From Planctomycetota bacterium (GTDB lineage Bacteria; Planctomycetota; UBA8742; UBA2392), in assembly GCA_020425515.1 (NCBI GenBank), contig JAGQRI010000109.1, positions 4,397 to 36,396 on the forward strand: a DNA stretch of 32,000 nt, given 5' to 3'. Positions 23,845 through 31,606 of this stretch are shown one piece after another. The notes below the pieces were generated by a model. That model saw nothing but the letters and a program-made list of their open reading frames with translations. It did no database searches and was not told the origin of the DNA. Within the stretch, counting starts at the first letter, position 1, and every line of letters begins with the position of its first letter. Position numbers and translations under genes: made by a program.

Positions 23845-26292
23845 TCAGTCGGCATGCCGTTTCATCTCCAGCAGGGTCGGTACTACGGCCAGTGTCAGCA
23901 CCAACGCGCTGGTCACGCCGATGGCCGTCGTGACGCCGACGCTGAACAAGGCCGGGTGCTGCGCCAGCGCCATTGAGCCGAAGCCGAACAGCGTGGTCAG
24001 CGCCGCCACCAGCACGCCCGCGCCCGCGTGTTTCAAACGCTCGATTGCCTGCTCCGGCGACTCTGAACCACGATAGGTCTGCACGAAGAAAATGCCGTAA
24101 TCAATACCGAGCCCGGCGATGAACACCGTCACCAGCGTGTTGATGATGTTGAACGGAATCCCCAGCGCCCCCATCAGCCCCAGCGTCCAGACCATGCCGC
24201 CCGCCACGGGCACCAGCGCAATCGCCACTTCGCGCGGGTTGCCGAACGTCAGCCACAGCACGACCAGCACCAGCAGCAGGCTCAATCCGCCCATCAGCAG
24301 CAGGTCGTGGCGAATGAACTCGATCATGCGCCCCACGAAGGCGGCCTTGTTCAACACGATCGCCGCGGGCTCGCGCGCTTTCAGCTCGCCCAGCTTTGAC
24401 GCGTCAAGAGTCGCCGTGGTGCCGATATACCAGCGCCCGTCCTGCTGGCTGACGAAGTTCCCCAGCAAGAGCCACACAGGACGCTTCTGGATCTCGTTGG
24501 CATCCAACAACGGCGGGTCTTCGGGCAGCTCCAGCTTGTCGAAAAACGCCTTGAGCGCCTTCGGGCTGACTTTCAGTTCGCGATCCGGGTTGTTCGGATT
24601 CTTCACGCCGACGCTGCCGATCAGCTTCTTCACGCCCTCGATCCGCTGCGGGCTCCAGAAACGGCGCCAGCGGGCTACGTTATCGCGCTGCGTCTGAGCC
24701 GCGGGCAGCACCCAGGCAGCGCTTTCATACTTCGCGCCGAGTTCATGCAGGTCGTGTGCCGCGAGGTCGTTCTGGCGCAGGGCCTGGTCCAGCGTGTCGC
24801 CGCCGACCACCACCAGGGTGCGGCTGAGCGTCTCCTGGCCGAAGGTCGTCTCGACCAGCCGCTCCGATTCGCGCGTGGCCTGGCTTTTGCCGTCAAGATG
24901 CGTGACGTCGCCATCGAAACCCACGCTCGGCAGGAAGCAGGCCAGCGCAACCGTCACGACCGCCAGCACGCCCAGCACAGGCCAGCGCCCCTTGCGCCGC
25001 GCGCGCTGCATGCCGCCGATGGCATTGCTCACCAGCGACGACGCACCCGGCTTCGGGCCCATTTTTCGCAGCAGTTGCGGGCCGGCCGTGAAGGCGAATA
25101 CCAGCGAGCCCGCAATGCCCGCGATGGCCATTTCGGAAAGCTGGTGCAGTCCGTCGAACTCCGAAAAGCGCAGCATGAAGATGGCCGAGATCGTGGTCAC
25201 CATCGCCACGAACCCCGGCCTGCCGACGTGCCGTAACGCTTGTCGCGCGCGGTCTTCGCGCTCGCCTTCCAGGCTGCCGTAAGTGGTCAGCAGGTGCACC
25301 GCGTAGTCCACCGAAATGCCCAGCAGCACCGCCGCAAACCCGGCCGTGATCGCGGACAGGTCGCCGTGCACCAGGCCTTGCGAGCCCAGCGCCATGCTGA
25401 AGCCGAAGCCGACACTGAGCAGTGTGATCAGGATCGGTGAAAGCGCGCGAAACGCCACGATGAACAAAAGCAGGATCGCAATCACAGAGGTCAGGATCGT
25501 CAGGTGCATGTCAGACTTCAGTACTTCGGCGTTGTCCACGCTGCTGCGGTGCGCGCCGATCACGTGCGGCGTGACGCCCTCGGGCAACTCGCCCAGTGCG
25601 GCGTCCATGGCCGCCATCAAATCGCGCCCCTTGCCGGTGTTGCTGCTGGGGAAATCCGCCTCAATCAGCAGGATGGCGAGCCGCCCATCCGCACTGAGAA
25701 TCCTTCCTTGCGCGTCGGTCTTGCCGGAGAAACCGCTGTTCAGGTGCTGGAAGCGCTTCAGCGTCAGCTCGTCAAAGCCGAACGGGTCGCCGCGAAATGT
25801 GTCGACAATCTTGATGCCCTCGGCGCCGGACTGCGCGTCCACGTACTTCTGCAGAGCGGGCCGGTAGTAGTGCTCGTTAAGTCGGCCTTCCACCTGCTGT
25901 TGCATCGACTCATCGAACAGCAGCGGCGCCTTGCCGAGGTAGAGCTTGCCGATGTCGTCCTGGGCGGACTGGTCGATGCGCGAGACGACCTCTTTGATGC
26001 CGTCCAGTTTGCGCAACGACTCGTCGGCCTGGTCCACGCCCCTGGCCAGTTTGACCGGGTCGTCACTTTCGAACGCCACCACGATGCGCTCCAGGCCTGA
26101 GTAGCGGTGCATCGCGAGCTGCGCCTCGGACACCACCGGCTCATCGTGCGGCAGCAGGGCGAATACATCTTCCTGGAAGTCGATGCGCAGTGCCCCCACC
26201 ACCGCAGCCGCCGCCAGGACCACGAACGCTGCCGGCAACACCACAGGCTTGCGCTTGAAGAAATCGAACAGTTGCTCAAAAGGGCCGCGCAT
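23845..26292 (-). CDS. MMPL/RND-superfamily exporter (ApeM-like)
   Basis: 815 aa. It has two 5-6-TM bundles, each preceded by a large soluble loop. The N-terminus is FFKRKPVVLPAAFVVLAAAAVVGAL. This is the typical two-half MMPL architecture. Confidence 0.85.
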   Translation of the reverse strand: MRGPFEQLFDFFKRKPVVLPAAFVVLAAAAVVGALRIDFQEDVFALLPHDEPVVSEAQLAMHRYSGLERIVVAFESDDPVKLARGVDQADESLRKLDGIKEVVSRIDQSAQDDIGKLYLGKAPLLFDESMQQQVEGRLNEHYYRPALQKYVDAQSGAEGIKIVDTFRGDPFGFDELTLKRFQHLNSGFSGKTDAQGRILSADGRLAILLIEADFPSSNTGKGRDLMAAMDAALGELPEGVTPHVIGAHRSSVDNAEVLKSDMHLTILTSVIAILLLFIVAFRALSPILITLLSVGFGFSMALGSQGLVHGDLSAITAGFAAVLLGISVDYAVHLLTTYGSLEGEREDRARQALRHVGRPGFVAMVTTISAIFMLRFSEFDGLHQLSEMAIAGIAGSLVFAFTAGPQLLRKMGPKPGASSLVSNAIGGMQRARRKGRWPVLGVLAVVTVALACFLPSVGFDGDVTHLDGKSQATRESERLVETTFGQETLSRTLVVVGGDTLDQALRQNDLAAHDLHELGAKYESAAWVLPAAQTQRDNVARWRRFWSPQRIEGVKKLIGSVGVKNPNNPDRELKVSPKALKAFFDKLELPEDPPLLDANEIQKRPVWLLLGNFVSQQDGRWYIGTTATLDASKLGELKAREPAAIVLNKAAFVGRMIEFIRHDLLLMGGLSLLLVLVVLWLTFGNPREVAIALVPVAGGMVWTLGLMGALGIPFNIINTLVTVFIAGLGIDYGIFFVQTYRGSESPEQAIERLKHAGAGVLVAALTTLFGFGSMALAQHPALFSVGVTTAIGVTSALVLTLAVVPTLLEMKRHAD

Positions 26293-26301
26293 ACCGTCTG
26301 T

Positions 26302-27816
26302 TTAGCTGCCTTTGCGCGCGGCGTCATCGGTTTGGCTGCGGACTTCGTCGATCAGGGCGTCCGTGCCGAGGATGCTGCCCGCTACGCCGAAGCCGGTTAC
26401 ACATGCACCGAGGATACCCGGCGTGCCGGTGCCCGCGCCGCTGACGTACAGCCCGCGGTAGCGCGTGCGGCGACGCACGCCGTTGCGACCCTGCGCGTTC
26501 ATGCCGGGCGCGACGCCGTAGATACCGCCGCGCGGATAGCCGGTGTAGTCGCGCAGTGTCAGGGGTGTCGAGGCGTCAACCACGTGCAGCCTGCCCCGCA
26601 GTTGCGGTATGCGCTGCTCGATCATGGCAACGATGTTGGCCGTCAGCTTTTCTTTCAGCGCCGTGTACTTCGCATCGCGCTTGAGTGTGCGCGTGTCCTG
26701 CCACTGCTCGAACCACTCCCAGCGAGCGCTGCCCATGGCACTGAATAGCTGGCGCCCGTTGGCAGGCGGGGGCAGGTTGACAATGGCGTCGGCCGGGCCG
26801 TCCATGGATGGCCGATAGAAACAGTCCGGGTCGTCGTCGCGCAGCAGGTAGTGGTTGCGTCCTGTCACGCCGGTCAGGTCAGCGCCGGGGTCAATCGTGC
26901 CATAGACAACAAACGCGCCAATACATTCCTCGGCATCGGCCATGCGTTGCCGCAGCACCCTGCGGTAGGCGTCATCGGGCAGCAGCTTCACGGCCACGCG
27001 CGGGTGCACGGCGAGGATGACTTCTTCAGCGCGCAGCACTTCGCCACCAGCCAACTCGACACCGCTGACCTTGTCGCCATCGACCAGTGTACGCTCCACC
27101 GGCGTGCGCAAGCGCAGCTCGCCACCGAGTTCGCGCAAACGGGCGACCAGCGGCTTTGTAATCGCGTCTCCCCCACCGTTGACGTAGTGCGGGCCCTCGA
27201 CGGCGCTGCCGATCACGGCGGCGTGAATCGCCAGCGGGACCTGCGCAGCGGGCACGGCATACAGCGACGACTGGGCGCAGATCAGTGAGCGCAGGCGCGG
27301 TGAAGCACCCAGCGAATCCAGGAATCCCTGCAGGCTGGTCTCGAACAATTCACGGTCGTACGCGCCTTCGGCCTCGGGGTTCAGCGTGTGCCAGTTGAGT
27401 GACGCTTCGACGCGCCGCATCTTTGCCACGTAGGCGTCCACAACGGCGGCTTCGTCCGGGCACTCGCGTTTCAGCGCAACTGCCAGGTTGTCCCATCCGA
27501 CGGGCACGCAGAAATCACCGCCGGGCAGGCTGATGCGGTCGAAACACTCGCGGTCGAGCGGCGTGGTCGGGACATCGACGCCCAGGTAGCAGAACAGCCG
27601 CCACATGATCTGGCCGGGATACAACGAACCGACATAGTGCACGCCGGTATCAAAACGGCACGGCCCGTCCGGCCCGCGGCGCTGGAACATCTGCATGCAG
27701 CCGCCGGGAATGTTGTGCGCTTCCAGCACCAACGGCTTGCGCCCGTGCTTCGCCAGCACGATGGCGGCGGAGAGTCCGCTGATGCCGGAACCGACAACTA
27801 TGCTGGAGTACGTCAC
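26302..27816 (-). CDS. FAD-dependent oxidoreductase, phytoene-desaturase (CrtI)/RetSat-like family
   Basis: It uses a GTG start. The N-terminal Rossmann motif is SIVVGSGISGLSAAIVLAKHGRKPLVLEAHNIPGGC. The C-terminal motif is GLYVSGAGTGTPGILGA. Its stop lies 9 nt before the MMPL start. Confidence 0.8.
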   Translation of the reverse strand: MTYSSIVVGSGISGLSAAIVLAKHGRKPLVLEAHNIPGGCMQMFQRRGPDGPCRFDTGVHYVGSLYPGQIMWRLFCYLGVDVPTTPLDRECFDRISLPGGDFCVPVGWDNLAVALKRECPDEAAVVDAYVAKMRRVEASLNWHTLNPEAEGAYDRELFETSLQGFLDSLGASPRLRSLICAQSSLYAVPAAQVPLAIHAAVIGSAVEGPHYVNGGGDAITKPLVARLRELGGELRLRTPVERTLVDGDKVSGVELAGGEVLRAEEVILAVHPRVAVKLLPDDAYRRVLRQRMADAEECIGAFVVYGTIDPGADLTGVTGRNHYLLRDDDPDCFYRPSMDGPADAIVNLPPPANGRQLFSAMGSARWEWFEQWQDTRTLKRDAKYTALKEKLTANIVAMIEQRIPQLRGRLHVVDASTPLTLRDYTGYPRGGIYGVAPGMNAQGRNGVRRRTRYRGLYVSGAGTGTPGILGACVTGFGVAGSILGTDALIDEVRSQTDDAARKGS

Positions 27817-27886
27817 GCGTTCATCAGAATGAACAAGAGCCCGAAGCGCAAGCGACGGGGTTTTGTCGCGGCGAAAGCGCCACGAC

Positions 27887-27906
27887 CACAGGCAGGACTG
27901 CCTGTG
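27887..27906 (-). promoter_or_regulatory. Hairpin directly after the ketosynthase stop
   Basis: CACAGGCAG-ga-CTGCCTGTG is a 9-nt perfect inverted repeat lying 4 nt downstream of the stop at 27910. Confidence 0.45.
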
Positions 27907-27909
27907 CCA

Positions 27910-29127
27910 CTACAGCTTTGACAGGATTATTGACGCGTTGGTCCCGCCGAAGCCAAAGCTGTTGATCAGTACGTTGGTCAACTGCTTGTCGACGGTCGCC
28001 GGCACGATGTTGATCTTCGCCGCGTCCTCTTCCTGCGCTTCAAAATTCAGGTTGGGCGCGATGAAACCGGCCTGCAGCATCAGCGCGCTGTAGAGGATTT
28101 CGCTGGCGCCGCTCATCCAGCACTCGTGGCCTGTCATGCCCTTGGTGCTGCTGACCGGGGTGTCCTCGCCGAAGATTTCGTTGATCGCCTCGGCCTCCTT
28201 GGCGTCGCCGATCGGCGTGCTGGTGGCATGCGCGTTGATATAGTCGATCGCGCCGGCATCCAGTTCCGCGTTGCCGAGCGCCATCTGCATCGCGCGTCGC
28301 GCGCCGCCACCGCTGGGCAGGGTCAGGTGCTCGCCGTCGCTGCTGAAACCGTAGCCGCGAACTTCGGCCAGCGGCTGGCCGCCGCGTGCTTTCAGATGAC
28401 TTTCGCTTTCCAGGATCAGGGCCGCCGCGCCGCCGCTGGGCACCAGGCCATCGCGCCCGCGGTCAAACGGGCGGCTGGCCTTAGACGGTTCGTCCTCGCG
28501 TTTGCTGAAGGTGCCGAGCGCGTCGAAGCTGGCCATCGACTCCCAGTTGATCTCCTGCATGCCGCCGGTGATGACGACATCCTGCAGGCCGGCGCGGATC
28601 AGCGTGAAGCCTTGCCCCACCGCATGCGCGCCGGACGCACAAGCAGCTGCCAGAGTCCACGCGGCGCCCTGCGTGCCGAGCAGAGCGTTCAGGTTCATGC
28701 TCGCCGTGCTGTTCATGCACTGGAAGATATAGCCGCTGCCGAGCTGCTGCGTGGTGCCGTCGCGCCGCACGGCATCGGCAACCTCGACGTTGGGGCCGCT
28801 GGTGCTGTCGTTGCCGATGATCAGCCCGACGCGCGGGTTACGCAGCGCGGCGGGGTCGATCCCGGCCTGCTCGATCGCCGTCAGTGCTGAAACCGCGCAC
28901 CACTGGGCGCTTTCGTGCATCGATTTGCGGGCTTTGCGGTCGAGCCGTGCCTTGGGGTCGAAGCCGTTGATCGCGCCGGTGAGCGCCGACCGGAAGCCAA
29001 GCTCGCGACGCGCTTCATCCAGCACCACGCCGCTGCGCCCTTCGCGCAACGCCGCCTCGATCTCGGCCAGCGTCGTGCCGAGACAGGAAACAGCCGCGAG
29101 ACCTGTGATGAATACGCGTTCCGTCAT
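27910..29127 (-). CDS. Beta-ketoacyl-ACP synthase (KAS I/II-type, ApeO/ApeR-like)
   Basis: Track ORF is 27910..29193. I prefer ATG 29127 (MTERVFITGLAAVSCLG). The active-site Cys is in LAAACASGAHAVG, and the two His are in YINAHATSTPIGD and KGMTGHECWMSGA. Confidence 0.9.
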   Translation of the reverse strand: MTERVFITGLAAVSCLGTTLAEIEAALREGRSGVVLDEARRELGFRSALTGAINGFDPKARLDRKARKSMHESAQWCAVSALTAIEQAGIDPAALRNPRVGLIIGNDSTSGPNVEVADAVRRDGTTQQLGSGYIFQCMNSTASMNLNALLGTQGAAWTLAAACASGAHAVGQGFTLIRAGLQDVVITGGMQEINWESMASFDALGTFSKREDEPSKASRPFDRGRDGLVPSGGAAALILESESHLKARGGQPLAEVRGYGFSSDGEHLTLPSGGGARRAMQMALGNAELDAGAIDYINAHATSTPIGDAKEAEAINEIFGEDTPVSSTKGMTGHECWMSGASEILYSALMLQAGFIAPNLNFEAQEEDAAKINIVPATVDKQLTNVLINSFGFGGTNASIILSKL

Positions 29128-29165
29128 TGGTGAGTTGTACCTGCCACTGAACCAAACAGCGAATG

Positions 29166-29220
29166 ACCAATAACCAATTGCGGGGTAGATCACCCGTCGA
29201 ATTGGAAATTGGCTATTGGT
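29166..29220 (-). repeat. AT-rich CCAAT/ATTGG inverted-repeat element in the KR-KS intercistronic spacer
   Basis: ACCAATAACCAATT (29166-29179) pairs with AATTGGCTATTGGT (29207-29220). On the transcribed minus strand this is a 14-bp stem containing one G.U pair. Inside it is a small CGGG/CCCG stem. There are five CCAAT/ATTGG pentamers at 7-nt spacing. Confidence 0.55.
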
Positions 29221-29244
29221 AACTGGCTGTTCAACAACCTGCCC

Positions 29245-29970
29245 CTACATGTACATGCCGCCATTTACCCCGAGCACTTGCCCGGTGATGTAGCCGGCCT
29301 CGTCGCCAGCCAGGAAGCTTACCGCGGCGGCGATCTCGTCCGGCGTGCCGAAGCGCCCGAGCGGCACCGCCTTGGCCAATTCCTCTTTGGGCAGCTCCTT
29401 GACCATGTCGGTCTCGACAAATCCGGGAGCAACCACGTTCACGGTGATCTTGCGGCTGGCGATTTCCTTCGCGAGTGACTTGCAGGCGCCGATCAGCCCC
29501 GCCTTGCTGGCCGAGTAGTTTACCTGTCCCGGATTGCCGGCCTGTCCACTGACGCTGCTGATCGCAACAATGCGCCCGCTGCGGCGCCTAAGCATGCCGC
29601 GCAGGCAGACCTTGGTCACGTGATAGAAGCCGCCGAGATTGGTGTTGATGACACCGTGCCATTCGTCGTGGCCGGTCATGGCAAACAGCCCGTCACGCGT
29701 GATGCCGGCGTTGCTGACGACGACGTCGGGCGCGCCCTCGGAGTCGATCAGCGGCTCAAGCGCCGCCTTCACCGCCTCGGCGTCGCCGACGTCAAAGCCG
29801 ACCGGCACGGCGCTGCCGCCGGCGGATTCGATCTCGCTGCACAGGCTCTCGGCCTCGTCCTTGCTGCGCCCGTAGTTGACCCAGACCCGATAGCCGTCCT
29901 TCGCCAGACGCGCGGCGATAGCGCGCCCGATGCCCCTGGATGCCCCCGTGACCAATGCAATCTTCGACAA
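29245..29970 (-). CDS. 3-oxoacyl-ACP reductase (FabG/ApeQ-like SDR)
   Basis: It has a TTG start at 29970 with GGAGA 7 nt upstream. The N-terminus (M)SKIALVTGASRGIGRAIA carries TGxxxGxG. The catalytic motifs are YSASKAG and NVVAPGF. Confidence 0.9.
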   Translation of the reverse strand: MSKIALVTGASRGIGRAIAARLAKDGYRVWVNYGRSKDEAESLCSEIESAGGSAVPVGFDVGDAEAVKAALEPLIDSEGAPDVVVSNAGITRDGLFAMTGHDEWHGVINTNLGGFYHVTKVCLRGMLRRRSGRIVAISSVSGQAGNPGQVNYSASKAGLIGACKSLAKEIASRKITVNVVAPGFVETDMVKELPKEELAKAVPLGRFGTPDEIAAAVSFLAGDEAGYITGQVLGVNGGMYM

Positions 29971-29994
29971 GCTGAACTCTCCGTGCTCAAGCGC

Positions 29995-30024
29995 TTTACA
30001 CTATGCGCAAAGGCTGCGTATATT
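29995..30024 (+). promoter_or_regulatory. Sigma-70-type promoter candidate for the ACP-KS operon
   Basis: TTTACA (29995-30000), an 18-nt spacer, then TATATT (30019-30024). It lies in the 104-nt divergent region between the KR and ACP genes. Confidence 0.4.
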
Positions 30025-30074
30025 AGCTGGCTTGGCGGGCGTCGAGTAGGGCGCACCAGCCGTGGGGCGGCAGC

Positions 30075-30350
30075 ATGCAAGGATCCGAAATCGTGGAAGC
30101 CCTGGTTACTGAGCTGAAAACACTGATCATCGAGCACCTGAACCTCGAAGACGTAGATCCCGAAAAGGTCGACCCGCAGGCCCCGCTGTTCGGCGAAGGG
30201 CTCGGGCTCGACAGCGTCGACGCCCTCGAGCTGGTGATGCTGATGGAAACTACGTACGGCGCGAAGATCGAGTCGTCCGAAGTCGGCAAGAAGGCTTTTG
30301 CCACGCTGAACAGCCTGGCGCAATTCGTCCAGGAAAACCGCAAGTCGTAG
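30075..30350 (+). CDS. Acyl carrier protein
   Basis: 91 aa. The attachment motif is GEGLGLDSVDALELV. Confidence 0.9.
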   Translation: MQGSEIVEALVTELKTLIIEHLNLEDVDPEKVDPQAPLFGEGLGLDSVDALELVMLMETTYGAKIESSEVGKKAFATLNSLAQFVQENRKS

Positions 30351-30361
30351 CGGTCCGTCCC

Positions 30362-31606
30362 ATGTCTCAACAAGCGCCCGTGCAGCCCGTAGCAATCACC
30401 GGCGTCGGCGTCATCGGCGCTTTCGGTCGCGGCATGGATGCATTGCACACCGCCCTGACTGAAGGACGCGAAGGCGTGGGCCGACTCACGCTCTGGGAGT
30501 CGGCACTCGGCGAGTTCCCCGTCGGGCAGTACCGCGGCAACCTGGACAAAGACCTGAGCGACGTTCCCGGCATGACGCCGCGGCTGCTTAAGCGGTTGTC
30601 GCGCTCGGATGCCCTGGCGCTGGTCGCGGCCCATGAGGCGGTTGGGCAGTCCGGCGCCGATGTTTCCACGGCCGGCGCGTACGTAGGCCAAAGCGTTTGC
30701 GGAACGCTCACCAGCGAAGCGCTGTACGTGGAGGCGCGCAGGCGCGCAAAGGCCGGCGACACCACGAAGCTGGATCTCACCCCGGCTTTCGTGCACGAGG
30801 GCGCGAACACTCTGGACCGGCTCGCCGACGTGTTCACCTTGCAGGGGCCGACCGTCAGCTACATGACCGCCTGCAGCAGCGCGGCCAATGCCATCGGGCT
30901 GGCGGCAGACGCCATCCGTGCCGGGCGCTGCGACGTGATGCTGGCCGGCGGCTCGGACAGCCTTTCGCGCATCGCCTTTAACGGGTTTTGCAGCCTCAAA
31001 GTCGTCAGCCCGGACGGGCCGCGCCCCTTCGACAGCGAGCGCCAGGGCATGATGGTAGGCGAAGGCGCGGGGGTGCTGGTGCTGGAATCGCTTGAGCATG
31101 CGAAGAAGCGAGGCGCCAAAATTCTCGGCTACGTCAGCGGCTACGGCCATTCCTGCGACGCCCACCACCTGACCGCGCCGCACCCGGAAGGCAAAGGCGC
31201 AATAGCGGCGATGCGTGAGGCGCTGGCGATGGCGGGGATTGGCGCTTCCGACGTCGGCTACATCAACGCCCATGGCACGGCAACGCTCGACAACGACAGA
31301 ACCGAGGCGCGAGCAATCAGTGAAGTGTTCGGCGAGGTGGCCGTCCCGGTCAGCAGCACCAAGCGCTACATGGGACATACGCTGGCCGCGGCGGGCGGTG
31401 TGGAGGCGGCGGTATCGCTGTGGGCATTGACCAGGGGATTGCTGCCGGCAAACCTCGGGCTGCGCAACCCGCTGGCTGACGCGAAGCTCGACCTGGTTGC
31501 GGAAACGCGCGAGGCCCGGAGTTTGCGTCACGTGCTTTCGAACAGTTTCGGTTTCGGCGGCAACAACGCCGCACTGGTTTTCACGGGGAGCGACCATGGA
31601 CCCTGA
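30362..31606 (+). CDS. Beta-ketoacyl synthase (type II, Cys-His-His intact)
   Basis: The catalytic residues are in MTACSSAANAIG (Cys), YINAHGTATLDND (His) and YMGHTLAAAG (His). The C-terminus ends NSFGFGGNNAALVF. Confidence 0.9.
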   Translation: MSQQAPVQPVAITGVGVIGAFGRGMDALHTALTEGREGVGRLTLWESALGEFPVGQYRGNLDKDLSDVPGMTPRLLKRLSRSDALALVAAHEAVGQSGADVSTAGAYVGQSVCGTLTSEALYVEARRRAKAGDTTKLDLTPAFVHEGANTLDRLADVFTLQGPTVSYMTACSSAANAIGLAADAIRAGRCDVMLAGGSDSLSRIAFNGFCSLKVVSPDGPRPFDSERQGMMVGEGAGVLVLESLEHAKKRGAKILGYVSGYGHSCDAHHLTAPHPEGKGAIAAMREALAMAGIGASDVGYINAHGTATLDNDRTEARAISEVFGEVAVPVSSTKRYMGHTLAAAGGVEAAVSLWALTRGLLPANLGLRNPLADAKLDLVAETREARSLRHVLSNSFGFGGNNAALVFTGSDHGP

